DNA from: Phoronis australis
Taxonomy: Eukaryota; Animalia; Phoronida
Direction: 5' to 3'
Assembly: GCA_002633005.1 (NCBI GenBank)
Contig: NMRA01000612.1
Span: forward strand, 66,733 to 130,732
DNA length: 64,000 nt
Shown here: positions 36,501 through 45,390 of the stretch, piece after piece
How positions within the stretch are numbered: the stretch's first letter is position 1
Layout of the letters: each line of letters opens with the position of its first letter
Position numbers and translations under genes: made by a program
The notes under the pieces: generated by a model
What the model saw: only the letters and a program-made list of their open reading frames with translations
The model's database searches: none
Told to the model about the DNA's origin: nothing

Positions 36501-39500
36501 AGTGGTGGTGTAATAATTATACCATCTACCTTATTTGGAAATTTGGAGCCATGGTGCTGAAACTGCCATTCCAAGTCAGGAAACAATGAGTATTAGACTA
36601 CAATGCCATGCTAGTTTAATGTCCTCTCATATAACTCAGTTCTGAGAATATGTCTGTTGCTATTGGTTGACTATTTTGCTCTTGTAGGCCAATGGTGCTG
36701 CTGCTGCCTTGGAGAAAAAACAAAAGGGCTTTGACCGTCTCATTGCTGAATGGGAGGCCAAGTACCGTGATCTGCAACAAGAGTTGGAGAGCTCCCAGAG
36801 AGAGGCCCGCAGCTACTCTGCTGAGGTGTTCAAGCTCAAGTCTAGTGTAGATGAAGCCCAAGACCAGATGGAGGCTTTGAGGAGGGAGAACAAGAACTTG
36901 GCAGGTTAGTAACACATGCTACTGTTAAGTAGGTGTCCATTGACTGGTTCAATTTTGTTTTGGAAACAAACATGCATTATTTCCTAATGGCCCCAGTTGT
37001 GTGGAACGTAATCAGAATCTTCCAAATTGTGGGACACCTACGTATTTTTTGCTTGGTCTTTAACTTGTTTAGATTCCTCGCAACACAGCAGTTTTTTGTC
37101 AAAAAGAATGCTTACAAAAAGTCCATTAATTTATATGGCTGTTTTTTCTAGCGCTTCTTCAATTCTTTGTCATCATATGGTATATTTCATGTTTTATCTC
37201 CATATAACCTTAGAACATGTTGTTATAGTTGATGTGCTACCATTCCATCCTCTAGTGACTCTCCTGTCTTCTTTCAGATGAGATCCACGACCTGACTGAT
37301 CAATTGAGCGAGGGTGGTCGAAGCTCCCATGAGCTGGAGAAAATGCGCAAACGGCTGGAGATGGAGAAGGAAGAGCTCCAATCAGCTCTTGAAGAGGCAG
37401 AGTCTGCTTTGGAACAAGAAGAGGCCAAAGTGGTGCGCGCACAGTTAGAGCTGTCGCAGGTCCGCAGCGAGATCGAGCGCCGCCTCAACGAGAAAGAAGA
37501 TGAATTCGAAAACACACGGTTTGTCAGTTTGCTCTTTTATAACGTACATCATTTTGTATTCTCAGTATGATCCGAATTTGAGGAAGCTAGAATAAAAATA
37601 ACCATTAGCATCACAATTTTGACATGGATGTTTCATACCACATTGAAACATTTTTGACAATGGAAATGTTTAAGCGCAAGTAGTAGATACTTACGAATAT
37701 GACTGATGTTTTATTACCATACTTGACTAGTGTATTGGGTTATAGCGGTGAGCNTGTTGTTACAGTTGATGTGCTACCATTCCATCCTCTAGTGACTCTC
37801 CTGTCTTCTTTCAGATGAGATCCACGACCTGACTGATCAATTGAGCGAGGGTGGTCGAAGCTCCCATGAGCTGGAGAAAATGCGCAAACGGCTGGAGATG
37901 GAGAAGGAAGAGCTCCAATCAGCTCTTGAAGAGGCAGAGTCTGCTTTGGAACAAGAAGAGGCCAAAGTGGTGCGCGCACAGTTAGAGCTGTCGCAGGTCC
38001 GCAGCGAGATCGAGCGCCGCCTCAACGAGAAAGAAGATGAATTCGAAAACACACGGTTTGTTAGTTTGCTCTTTTATAATGTACATCATTTTGTATTCTC
38101 AGTATGATCCGAATTTAAGGAAGCTAGAATATAAATAACCATTAGCATCATAATTTTAACATGGATGTTTCATACCACATTGAAACATTTTTGACGATAG
38201 CGCAACTAGTAGATACTTACAAATATAACTGATGTTTTATTACCATACTTGGCTAGTGTATTGGGTTATAGCGGTGAGCTATGCCAGGGAATGTCTGGCC
38301 TGAATGTTCGTATAATGCCTGATGTTTAGTACTTGGTTACAGCAAGAACCACCAACGTGCCCTGGACTCTGTACAAGCCAGTCTGGAAGCTGAATCTAAA
38401 GGTAAAGCTGAGGCCATGCGCATGAAAAAGAAGTTGGAACAAGACATCAATGAATTGGAAGTGCAACTGGATGCTGCCAACCGCATGAGAGCTGAGGCAG
38501 AAAAGAATGCTAAGAAGTTCAGTCAGCAAGTTATGGTAAGTGACTGAATCCCGACAAGTGAGGCATGTGCTGTGAATGGTAATTTTTATATGTACAGAGG
38601 TTGGTTGGACCACTTAGAAGTATCGTACATTCAGTAGTTGTGATAATTGACAAACACTGTTGGTAAGCACATGCTTTGAGCAGCAGATAAAGTAGAATGA
38701 AAATGTGTAATGTAAGAAAAAACATAAAAGTTAGGAATGGTATGATCTCGAGAAACTCGGCCTGTTTCAGTTCCTTGGATTTTGTCAGTAGATGTGTACA
38801 AGAACCACATTGCCAACTGGTATATAATATAACCTGATTTAAGATATTTGTTAGCGATATCTAAAATAGTAGTTCTTTGAAGTGAGGACAATTGGCTTTG
38901 TGTATCAACATATGATGCTGAAACTCAGGACAATTGATATCTCTGAAAATTACTCTTATCTTTAAATTTCACGTAACTGAAAATATTTGTAATGGACATG
39001 TTTTTTAACAATGTGATCAGTTTAGAGTCTCTATTGATGAATCGTCAATAAGTCATTCATAAACCCTTGTCTATGTTCTTGACAGGAAATCCGCGGCCAG
39101 ATTGAGGATGAGCAGAGGCAGCGTGATGAAGCTCGTGAACAGTTCAACTTGGCTGAACGTCGTGCCCTGATGCTCAATGGTGAGGTGGAGGAACTGCGCA
39201 CAGCTCTGGAACAGGCTGAGCGGGCTCGCAAGGCAGCTGAGGGTGAACTGCACGAAGCTGCTGAACGCGTCTCTGAGCTGTCCACACAGACCGCGTCAAT
39301 GGCGTCACTCAAGAGGAAGCTGGAGAGTGACATCACCTCCATGCAGGCTGACCTGGATGAGGCTGGCAATGAGTGCAAGGCAGCGGATGAGCGTGCCAAG
39401 AAGGCAGTGATGGATGCTGCTCGCCTGGCCGAAGAGCTGCGTCAGGAGCAGGAACATAACCAGCACGTGGAGAAACTGCGCAAACAGCTGGAGACACAGA

Positions 39501-42135
39501 TGAAGGAGATGCAGGTGCGACTGGATGAGGCAGAGGCTTCAGCCATGAAGGGAGGCAAGAGGATGTTGGCAAAACTGGAGGAGAAGATCCGTCTTATGGA
39601 GAGTGAGCTGGACAGTGAGCAGCGCCGCCACGCTGAGACACAGAAGAATGCCCGTAAGGCTGATCGCCGCATGAAGGAACTGTCCTTCGCCGCTGATGAA
39701 GACCGCAAGAACACAGAACGCCTGCAGGACCTGATTGACAAACTGCAGCAGAAGATTAAGACATACAAACGCCAAGTAGAAGAGGCTGTAAGTCTATAGA
39801 AAACGATTGAGCTCTCATGTTAATTACACTGATCCTGGCATTTTTGCTTGTATTTGAGAAACATTCTGTACTACAAATCTCAGATTGATAGCTATTTTAA
39901 AACTTTATCAGACAATATGTACAAGAAAAAATAAGTGAAATGAAGCAGTTGTAAACTTTCTTTCATGCCACGTCATTGCAAAGCGATGTTCCCTTAATCA
40001 TGATTTTCCTGTTTTTGTCATCAGGAGGAGATTGCTGCCACTAACCTGGCCAAATACCGCAAGGTACAGCATGAAATGGAGGATGCCGAGGAGCGTGCTG
40101 ACCAGGCTGAGGCTAGTCTAGCCAAACTGCGTGCCAAGAACCGTAGCTCTGCATCTATGGGACGGGCTGGCTCTTCCGCTGGTGTAAGTAATTTCATCTT
40201 TCGCTCCTGAACATCTAAATCCTTTCTGTAGAATTGTGTTTTATACATTTTGTTTGAAAATGCAAAATGTTTGCTAGTTCTCAACACCTGAAAATAAATT
40301 TCATTCCTCTGTCTCTTGTTGTTCTTGTTCTTAATCTTCTGTTCTTTCTTTCTAGTCTGTGCTTACGGACATTTCTCGATCTGTTTCTACAATTGCTTTT
40401 ACAAACATTATTGACTTGTATAGTTCAATTACATGGTTCTGACTGACTCATTTAAGTAAATTTTCTTCAGGCCACAATAAGTGCATCTGTGAAAGCCCCG
40501 CGTCGGGTAGAACGTTCTGCCGATCGCACAGCAGAGTAAAACACATGTACTTGTAAGTTTTAGGAGCACAAAAACATGTCACTTAGATTATGAGAATAGA
40601 CTCTGCTGCTCATACAATTTTATTTTGCAATACAAATATTATTTGAGGCAGATTTCAGTAATAAGGTTCCAATGGTTTTACCATTTCTTTGTAACCTGGA
40701 ATGAAGTCTGCTTGTAGTGACTAAGGCTTGTGTTAGCTACAATCACAGCTTCACTGAGCACTAGACTGCTCTTTTTTATAGGGAGGCTCTTCCTCTACTG
40801 TCGTTAGTAGTTCAACAGTAATCAAAAAATCATCTAAGGTGATGGAGGCTTAGGAGTCTCTGTAAGTTATATAATATATGTGCGTGAATTTGTTGTTGGG
40901 TTCATACTAAATTGCACTTGTTACCGCAGTGATCCCTGTGGATTTTTCACGTTTTGCAACCAAATGCTAGAAAACAAAGTTCTCACTGTAATATAGGTTC
41001 AGGAATCCTTCCCTCGTTTTCAGTGCTGCATGCATAGAAATAACTATGTACTGTTTTCTTCCTCATCTTACTTCTATTAATCTTATCCTGAAGCCTTTTG
41101 TTCTACTATTTTCTGAGTGTATTACCTTAGCCATGTTGCCATGGAAACTTTTACTAGGGTAATTATTCACTTATTTAACACACAACATGGCGGACATCTG
41201 AATCTTTATTTTGGCAAAATTTTCAGGAAAAATGAAGATTCAATATTTTTTAACCAATTCTCTTGGTTTGTAGCCAGAGTAGCAGTTTCAAAACAACATT
41301 TGGTGATGTTTCAATTATTTGTGGCAAGGTAAATCAGGTTTTGAAAAAACACATTTTTTTGCAATTATTTTTGTTTTTGAAATAGGTGAAGAATTACTGT
41401 ATTTGTTTTGAACTGTGATGTTTTAGTGCAGTTCATCCAGTGGTGCTTCTTGTGTTTAAGAATGCTAGGCATTTTAACTGACCATTACTAATAAAATTGC
41501 GTTGGTCAAGTTGTGAAAACTACTAAATTTTTTCTGTTCTTTTATATTCATTGATATCTGTAGTTGTCTTAAGCATGGAATGGACGTTGCTTGGATGAAT
41601 ATATAAAAAGCATGCTTTCTAAAATTCCTGTACAGGTGCCTTGTAACAGTTTTAGTTATTATGTTCATTTAATTTCATGTGTCAGTGAAGGTTAATCAAC
41701 AATAGTGTGTCCAAAACAATTTTGCATTCATATTTTACTGTAATCTAGTTTAATTTTATGAGAACAGCATTTGTTGTGTCATGAGACTTGTTCATAATGA
41801 TTATTCTGTTGTTTGTGCAAGCACACTGTATCTCTAGAACATGTAGATGTGAACAAATACATTGTACCCCAAGCCTGTTGCTGGCTTCAGGGATAACACA
41901 AACACCCGACATTCTCATATTTCATTTAAAAGATGGGGATGTAACTTTAATGACCAGATACAGCGCGTTATTTGTTCAAATATTTAGCTGCTACTTTACA
42001 TTTGTTTTCCAGCTAAACACCAGTTTCAGTTCTACCTACCGCCGTGACAGGACTTCAATGAATGACTCTACTGCAAACTCGACATTTAACCGCTCCACAT
42101 CCAACGGTGGAGCGGCTGAAGAAGAAGAAGAGTAA
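3373..42135 (+). CDS. Mhc: Muscle myosin II heavy chain gene (multi-exon, 5' end outside the window)
   Basis: P-loop GESGAGKT, switch I NNNSSRFG, switch II DIAGFE, SH1/SH2 [14 protein letters not shown] region and a ~1100-aa heptad rod. All exons are GT-AG bounded with compatible phases (~1860 aa within the window). Confidence 0.99.
5331..5358 (+). CDS. Mhc: Mhc 28-nt exon [10 protein letters not shown]
   Basis: tttcag acceptor, |gtaagt donor; phases match neighbours. Confidence 0.95.
6161..6263 (+). CDS. Mhc: Mutually exclusive exon A1 (P-loop + loop 1): [34 protein letters not shown]
   Basis: cttag acceptor, |gtaagt donor, 103 nt; paralogous to A2. Confidence 0.93.
7162..7282 (+). CDS. 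Mhc: Mutually exclusive exon A2 (P-loop + longer loop 1): ...[27 protein letters not shown]
   Basis: gctag acceptor, aag|gtagac donor, 121 nt, same phases as A1. Confidence 0.93.
8624..8716 (+). CDS. Mhc: Mutually exclusive exon B1 (switch I): [31 protein letters not shown]
   Basis: 93 nt, long pyrimidine tract + ctag acceptor, |gtaagt donor. Confidence 0.95.
8943..9035 (+). CDS. Mhc: Mutually exclusive exon B2: [31 protein letters not shown]
   Basis: 93 nt, cacag acceptor, |gtgagt donor; paralogous to B1. Confidence 0.95.
9736..9799 (+). CDS. Mhc: Mhc exon [21 protein letters not shown] (64 nt)
   Basis: tttag acceptor, |gtaagt donor. Confidence 0.96.
10057..10155 (+). CDS. Mhc: Mhc exon YLLEKSR...NAYPEYN (99 nt)
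   Basis: tgtag acceptor, |gtcagt donor. Confidence 0.96.
10409..10512 (+). CDS. Mhc: Mhc exon EAMLIQPDP...MRITD (104 nt)
   Basis: accag acceptor, |gtaagt donor. Confidence 0.95.
11012..11263 (+). CDS. Mhc: Mhc exon EAFDILGF...GQNQAQ (252 nt)
   Basis: tttag acceptor, cag|gtatat donor. Confidence 0.96.
11604..11753 (+). CDS. Mhc: Mhc exon CQYAVAA...DIAGFEIFE (switch II, 150 nt)
   Basis: tccag acceptor, gag|gtgtgt donor. Confidence 0.96.
12178..12348 (+). CDS. Mhc: Mhc relay-helix exon [11 protein letters not shown]...IELIEK (171 nt)
   Basis: tacag acceptor, aag|gtaggt donor. Confidence 0.97.
12945..14439. mobile_element. CpG-rich intronic insertion, probably non-autonomous DNA-transposon derived (boundaries approximate)
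   Basis: Abrupt rise in CG dinucleotides relative to flanking intron; 13721-13850 is visibly homologous to 60214-60351 inside the Kolobok-like element; weak terminal inverted similarity (cctagc/gctagg). Confidence 0.55.
14677..14853 (+). CDS. Mhc: Mhc exon [12 protein letters not shown]...KHYAGT (177 nt)
   Basis: tccag acceptor, act|gtatgt donor. Confidence 0.96.
15407..15524 (+). CDS. Mhc: Mutually exclusive exon C1: [39 protein letters not shown]
   Basis: 118 nt, cccag acceptor, |gtaatt donor. Confidence 0.93.
16070..16187 (+). CDS. Mhc: Mutually exclusive exon C2: [39 protein letters not shown]
   Basis: 118 nt, tccag acceptor, |gtatag donor. Confidence 0.92.
16459..16576 (+). CDS. Mhc: Mutually exclusive exon C3: [39 protein letters not shown]
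   Basis: 118 nt, actag acceptor, |gtatac donor. Confidence 0.92.
16808..16925 (+). CDS. Mhc: Mutually exclusive exon C4: [39 protein letters not shown]
   Basis: 118 nt, ctcag acceptor, |gtacgg donor. Confidence 0.93.
17263..17380 (+). CDS. Mhc: Mutually exclusive exon C5: [39 protein letters not shown]
   Basis: 118 nt, cctag acceptor, cag|gtcttg (weak) donor. Confidence 0.88.
18742..18818 (+). CDS. Mhc: Mhc loop 2 exon [26 protein letters not shown] (77 nt)
   Basis: tgcag acceptor, agg|gtaagt donor; lysine-rich actin-binding loop 2. Confidence 0.95.
19406..19493 (+). CDS. Mhc: Mutually exclusive exon D1: [29 protein letters not shown]
   Basis: 88 nt, tccag acceptor, cag|gtttgt donor. Confidence 0.92.
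19839..19926 (+). CDS. Mhc: Mutually exclusive exon D2: [29 protein letters not shown]
   Basis: 88 nt, branch-like tgactaac then aacag acceptor, cag|gtaaat donor. Confidence 0.93.
20515..20602 (+). CDS. Mhc: Mutually exclusive exon D3: [29 protein letters not shown]
   Basis: 88 nt, tgcag acceptor, cag|gtaacc donor. Confidence 0.93.
21063..21150 (+). CDS. Mhc: Mutually exclusive exon D4: [29 protein letters not shown]
   Basis: 88 nt, tctag acceptor, cag|gtgatg donor. Confidence 0.92.
21892..22009 (+). CDS. Mhc: Mhc SH2/SH1 exon [40 protein letters not shown] (118 nt)
   Basis: tgtag acceptor, gag|gtgggt donor. Confidence 0.97.
22421..22760 (+). CDS. Mhc: Mhc converter + IQ/lever-arm exon (340 nt)
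   Basis: tccag acceptor, aag|gtaatt donor; [12 protein letters not shown] and IQRNIRKW motifs. Confidence 0.97.
23714..23875 (+). CDS. Candidate intronic alternative first coding exon (54 aa, acidic) for a headless full-rod isoform
   Basis: accaccATGg Kozak context, in-frame TGA at 23681, act|gtaagg phase-0 donor compatible with the phase-0 acceptor at 24027. Confidence 0.68.
24027..24197 (+). CDS. Mhc: Mhc head-rod junction exon [11 protein letters not shown]...FLELQ
   Basis: ttcag acceptor, cag|gtatgt donor; invariant proline. Confidence 0.96.
24656..24868 (+). CDS. Mhc: Mhc rod exon AEQDTM...SALAK
   Basis: atcag acceptor, aag|gtgggt donor. Confidence 0.95.
25289..25498 (+). CDS. Mhc: Mhc rod exon SEQEK...EQTLDE
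   Basis: cacag acceptor, gag|gtgagc donor. Confidence 0.95.
25934..26079 (+). CDS. Mhc: Mhc rod exon LEDNLERE...DNVRR
   Basis: tttag acceptor, cag|gtacgt donor. Confidence 0.95.
26389..26479 (+). CDS. Mhc: Mhc rod exon RDQEING...IKELQ
   Basis: tgtag acceptor, cag|gtaagc donor. Confidence 0.95.
27115..27395. repeat. AT-rich tandem repeat, ~105-bp unit, ~2.6 copies
   Basis: cttgattgaatgctttctaaacacaaactttgagcatcttt...ccaaaaataacaattttcttcagtaaaacatt recurs. Confidence 0.85.
28404..28413. promoter_or_regulatory. CArG box (SRF site) upstream of the catchin-like exon
   Basis: CCTTTTAAGG matches CC(A/T)6GG, next to CCAAT/ATTGG, ~175 bp before ATG 28587. Confidence 0.45.
28587..28919 (+). CDS. 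Catchin/myorod-like unique N-terminal exon (111 aa, Ser/Thr-rich) for a headless rod isoform
   Basis: gctgccATGg Kozak context, in-frame TAA 15 nt upstream, gaa|gtgggt phase-0 donor joining [11 protein letters not shown] at 29496. Confidence 0.85.
29496..29552 (+). CDS. Mhc: Mhc rod exon [19 protein letters not shown]
   Basis: tacag acceptor, aag|gtaggg donor. Confidence 0.95.
30626..30712 (+). CDS. Mhc: Mhc rod exon VEKQRQEL...GGATAAQ
   Basis: tttag acceptor, cag|gtaaga donor. Confidence 0.95.
30850..31205. repeat. Diverged intronic tandem repeat, ~105-bp unit, ~3 copies
   Basis: gactgcca...aatgcttt...tgatgaaaa...ttagtggg blocks recur. Confidence 0.65.
33170..33336 (+). CDS. Mhc: Mhc rod exon [11 protein letters not shown]...QKAKSK
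   Basis: cacag acceptor, taa|gtaagt donor (phase 2). Confidence 0.95.
33844..33885. repeat. 3 x 14-bp tandem repeat TGACAAATGTCACG
   Basis: Read directly; near-palindromic unit. Confidence 0.9.
34302..34380 (+). CDS. Mhc: Mutually exclusive S2-hinge exon E1: [26 protein letters not shown]
   Basis: 79 nt, tgcag acceptor, aag|gtaaac donor. Confidence 0.92.
34827..34905 (+). CDS. Mhc: Mutually exclusive S2-hinge exon E2: [26 protein letters not shown]
   Basis: 79 nt, tgcag acceptor, aag|gtatat donor; same length and phase as E1. Confidence 0.92.
35724..35969 (+). CDS. Mhc: Mhc rod exon NNADKL...LEEESR
   Basis: tgtag acceptor, cgt|gtgagt donor. Confidence 0.95.
36143..36472 (+). CDS. Mhc: Mhc rod exon GRQKL...SIDVER
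   Basis: tgcag acceptor, agg|gtaagt donor. Confidence 0.95.
36688..36904 (+). CDS. Mhc: Mhc rod exon ANGAAA...ENKNLA
   Basis: tgtag acceptor, cag|gttagt donor. Confidence 0.95.
37278..37518 (+). CDS. Mhc: Mhc rod exon DEIHDL...FENTR (copy 1)
   Basis: ttcag acceptor, acg|gtttgt donor; 241 nt. Confidence 0.9.
37815..38055 (+). other. Identical second copy of the 241-nt rod exon, likely an assembly/haplotype duplication
   Basis: 37218-37753 is repeated at 37755-38279, separated by a single N (37754); exons look identical, introns differ by a few SNPs and one indel. Confidence 0.85.
38343..38535 (+). CDS. Mhc: Mhc rod exon KNHQRAL...FSQQVM
   Basis: tacag acceptor, atg|gtaagt donor. Confidence 0.95.
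39086..39787 (+). CDS. Mhc: Mhc rod exon EIRGQIE...QVEEA (702 nt)
   Basis: gacag acceptor, gct|gtaagt donor. Confidence 0.97.
40025..40183 (+). CDS. Mhc: Mhc rod-end exon EEIAATNL...RAGSSAG
   Basis: atcag acceptor, ggt|gtaagt donor. Confidence 0.95.
40471..40539 (+). CDS. Mhc: Alternative tailpiece T1: [22 protein letters not shown] (exon continues to donor at 40552)
   Basis: ttttcttcag acceptor, phase 0, stop then |gtaagt donor 13 nt later. Confidence 0.8.
   Translation, partial: ATISASVKAPRRVERSADRTAE
40782..40853 (+). CDS. Mhc: Alternative tailpiece T2: [23 protein letters not shown] (exon continues to donor at 40861)
   Basis: cttttttatag acceptor, phase 0, stop then |gtaagt donor 8 nt later. 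Confidence 0.78.
   Translation, partial: GGSSSTVVSSSTVIKKSSKVMEA
42013..42135 (+). CDS. Mhc: Terminal exon, tailpiece T3: [40 protein letters not shown]
   Basis: ttttccag acceptor, phase 0, acidic end, followed by a 3'UTR-like region. Confidence 0.85.
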   Translation, partial: LNTSFSSTYRRDRTSMNDSTANSTFNRSTSNGGAAEEEEE

Positions 42136-42668
42136 AACCGTGTCCCTTGTCTTCCGTCCAACTTTTGTTATGATATTTTTCTTTCTGCTGAAGACATTTT
42201 CAAACACTGCCTTAAGACTTATTATCTTAAGCGCTTTTGCAAGGCTGCGTGGGTGATGAGACGGTTCGAATGACGCCTCTGGCTTATACACATAACTTCA
42301 TGTATTTAAGTTTTGTATCCTTCACTGCTCACGTGTTACCACGGATGCGCTGAGACTTTAGAAAGTTGTAGTATCACAAGGAGAACTAGTGTCTTAGTGG
42401 TGATTAACATTTTAACAGTTGTATGAGAATTTGACTACGACTTAAAGTTTGTTTTATTGTTAGTCTATTGCATTTAACAGAGGAGCGGTAGCACCTTCTC
42501 TCTGGCGGTTGTCTATGCTGCAATGTGATACTTGTAAGTCTCCCTCATGGAGTGATTGCTAGTATTTGTACACGCTTTTTGGCGATTGGAATGGATTAGA
42601 TTATGATTAACTGATCGACAACGACATCTTTGACTTAATTATTGTAATAACATTTGTCTGTATTACTC

Positions 42669-42674
42669 AATAAA
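42669..42674 (+). terminator. Polyadenylation signal of Mhc
   Basis: AATAAA ~530 nt after the T3 stop, followed by a T/GT-rich tract. Confidence 0.7.
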
Positions 42675-44131
42675 GCAATGTCAAGCTGATACTGAGTCTT
42701 GTTCAATCTTTTCTTCCTGCATGCGTGTCACTCAGTGTTTTTTCAAGTTTTCAAAAATGATATTCGATTCATAGTTTTCTATGTGCAAAATTTGAAACGA
42801 TTGCCGCATGAATGGTAACCAACCACATGCTTGGCCTTGAATGCGTTGTAATGTAGGAAACCATATTAGGTTAACTTTGAAGCTTTGATAATATCAAATT
42901 TCATCACTGAAGTTCCACAATGAAGCAAAAAACGTAATGAATATACTTTAAAAATTGCAGCACTTAAATAATCTAAATCAAAGTTAATCTTCTAGAAGGT
43001 GCATTCACCAATATATCAGCATCTGTGACGCACTAAAAATTGACATGCAAAGCATTGCAATATCAAGACATGGGACTAAACAATAAGCAAAGTATCGAAA
43101 AAGTAAAAGCACTGACCGGAACCGAAAGGATAAATGTTTGGGAGACTTGAAGACCACTATTCGTGAAATATCCTCAACGGTTTTATGTGATGTCGGCATT
43201 TGTGCCAAAAGAACTTCAGGATAGTATTTTTGGAAATTTTTATTAATCATTCGACCCCCAACAGCAAAGTTAACTGGATCGGCATTGCTAATCAAGCGCA
43301 CACCCAAAACTCAAGTTCGTTAGGTTCTTGATGGAATGTTGAAAAATATATATCATCTGGCAGCCAGGAACCTGTATAGCAAACGGGTTGGGGGAGTGCA
43401 ACATTCGCAATGACGGGGGGAGGGGTGAGCGGCGGGGAACTTGGGACTCGATAACGATTTCAGGGCGGTAGAAGCCCGGCGAAGCAGCCAACGGAAGCGT
43501 CGTTGGGTCACTTTTTACACCTGAACAGAGTGGTCCTATTTGGAGCATGAGATCACATTATCAGTACACTTTGACTGAAAAGTGTGGTCCTGGGGAATCT
43601 TGATCATTAACTTAGAGGCTGTTTTAAAATCTCTTTTATTAGTAATACAAGCGTGAGGGAAGTCGCATTTATCAGTTGTGGCTGCCTTCGGGGCGAGAGG
43701 GAATTACATGGAATTGCCCGAATGTAACCAACCTACGTCAAAAATCAACAAAGGTCTAACTTTGAAAAAGGGTTATTTCAGATAGGGTGTCGGAAGGCGG
43801 CTAACCGATTTCCGGCAGAATTACAAGTCAGCGTGCAACGCAATTCACTGCATGGAATTTCCCGGCAATTCCGCGAGGCATGTACACGTGCACAGACACT
43901 TGACAGGCAACTTGGAATCATGAGAGTTTCGGGGGCCATCTTCCACGAAATGTTCAGAAATTATAACTGGTTCATTCCAGTAGTACCGTGTTACGGTGTA
44001 TGAGTTAAGTTTTGACGTGAACGCTGTGCACGATCGTCAAAAAATCATACCCGACACTCTGCAGTGATCGGCACGAGCCCGCAGTTTCTTGCATACAGCT
44101 TCTTCGTCAACAATGGTTTCCAAACAACGAG

Positions 44132-44276
44132 AATCCTACACCAGTCTCAGGCAAAACCTCATGGAAATTTCGTCAAAATCCCGAGGCTTCAAAATCCCGA
44201 CTCCGAGGCCTGCCGCGTGATTTTGACGAAATTTCTAAGACGTTTTGCCCAAATCTGAGACTAGTGTATAGGATTT
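44132..44276. repeat. Long imperfect palindrome, probably from a non-autonomous DNA element
   Basis: aatcctacaccagtctcag..gcaaaac..gaaatttcgtcaaaatc pairs with gattttgacgaaatttc..gttttgc..ctgagactagtgtataggatt. Confidence 0.75.
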
Positions 44277-45390
44277 GTTTTCTCACATGAACCGTAAAAA
44301 CGATTTTTTGCCGAAAAACTCGACGTGTCTAAAACCACTCCTTGCTAAAACTTTCAATCTTATCACTCAACTTTTGTAAAAACACGCTTGCGCAATGTAC
44401 TAAAGTAAGTCAGTTAGGCTCAGTACTTAATTTTTGTTAATAGTTTTATTTTAAGCTTAACAATTGTAAATTGCATTCAGTTTTCGTAGTGAATATTCAA
44501 GTCAGAATCTAATAAATAGTCTTTGAAATTGTAATATTAAAACTTAAAAAATGTTTATAAATAACAGTCAGCAAGGCTTCCCCGCGCGTGAGCACTAAAT
44601 TGACCTTGAGACAGCACAGGCAGACAGTCTCGCCGCATTCTCGAGTTCGGGCTCGTCTTCCGGCGTTTGAATGAACGTGGATATGTAATTCGCCGCCGAA
44701 AATGGGTCCGTTTAAGAAGTTGTTTGCATGTGCTTTCAACTGGGAGTTCGTACAGTTGCGACACCCGATTTGTCAATCATAACCTCGCCACCTTCTCGGA
44801 ATTCCGACATTGTTTGGTTGGCGCACGTTTGCTTGTTTTAGTGTTTTGCAGAGAGTAAAATGTAAGGCGTATGGATTTCTACTTTGCACTACTTTGTGAT
44901 TTGCCCAATATCAAAAAATACGTTATCGGTGTTATTAACCAGTCGTATCGTAACACATTCCAGGTCATGTGAGAAGTTGGATTTTGTCTTTTGTTTACTG
45001 AGATTGTCTCACATTTTTGGTCATTTGTGCTGCATGTCTTTATGCGGCTGTGCATTGAAATGCTGCACAAAACTAACCCCCCACCCTAACAAAAAATGCC
45101 GTGACCAGGTCCCCGAACAAGATAATGTTCTGTCAAATTTTCTCTCGTCTACAAATTTCGCAATGTCTTTCTTTTCTCGGCTGCCCCGGTCCTAGACCTA
45201 TGCTGCTCGCCACGATTTCATCCTGGCGCCTGCAAATGATTTAGGCGCACACTGCCCACCCCCTGGCTATGATAGTTACAACGCGTGTTGATTCGAGACG
45301 ACTAGAACAACCAGGTGGCTGTCCCAGAGGGGTTATTTTAAACTTACAGTTGGTACTTTTCGCAATACATGACTAACAACCATCAGCAAG

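Noticed and set aside
24652-40287. Ser-rich minus-strand ORFs over the rod exons
   Set aside because: Antisense shadows of Glu/Lys/Leu-rich coiled-coil codons
44509-44858. Cys/Arg-containing short ORFs in CpG-rich DNA
   Set aside because: No complete domain recognisable; probably transposon debris
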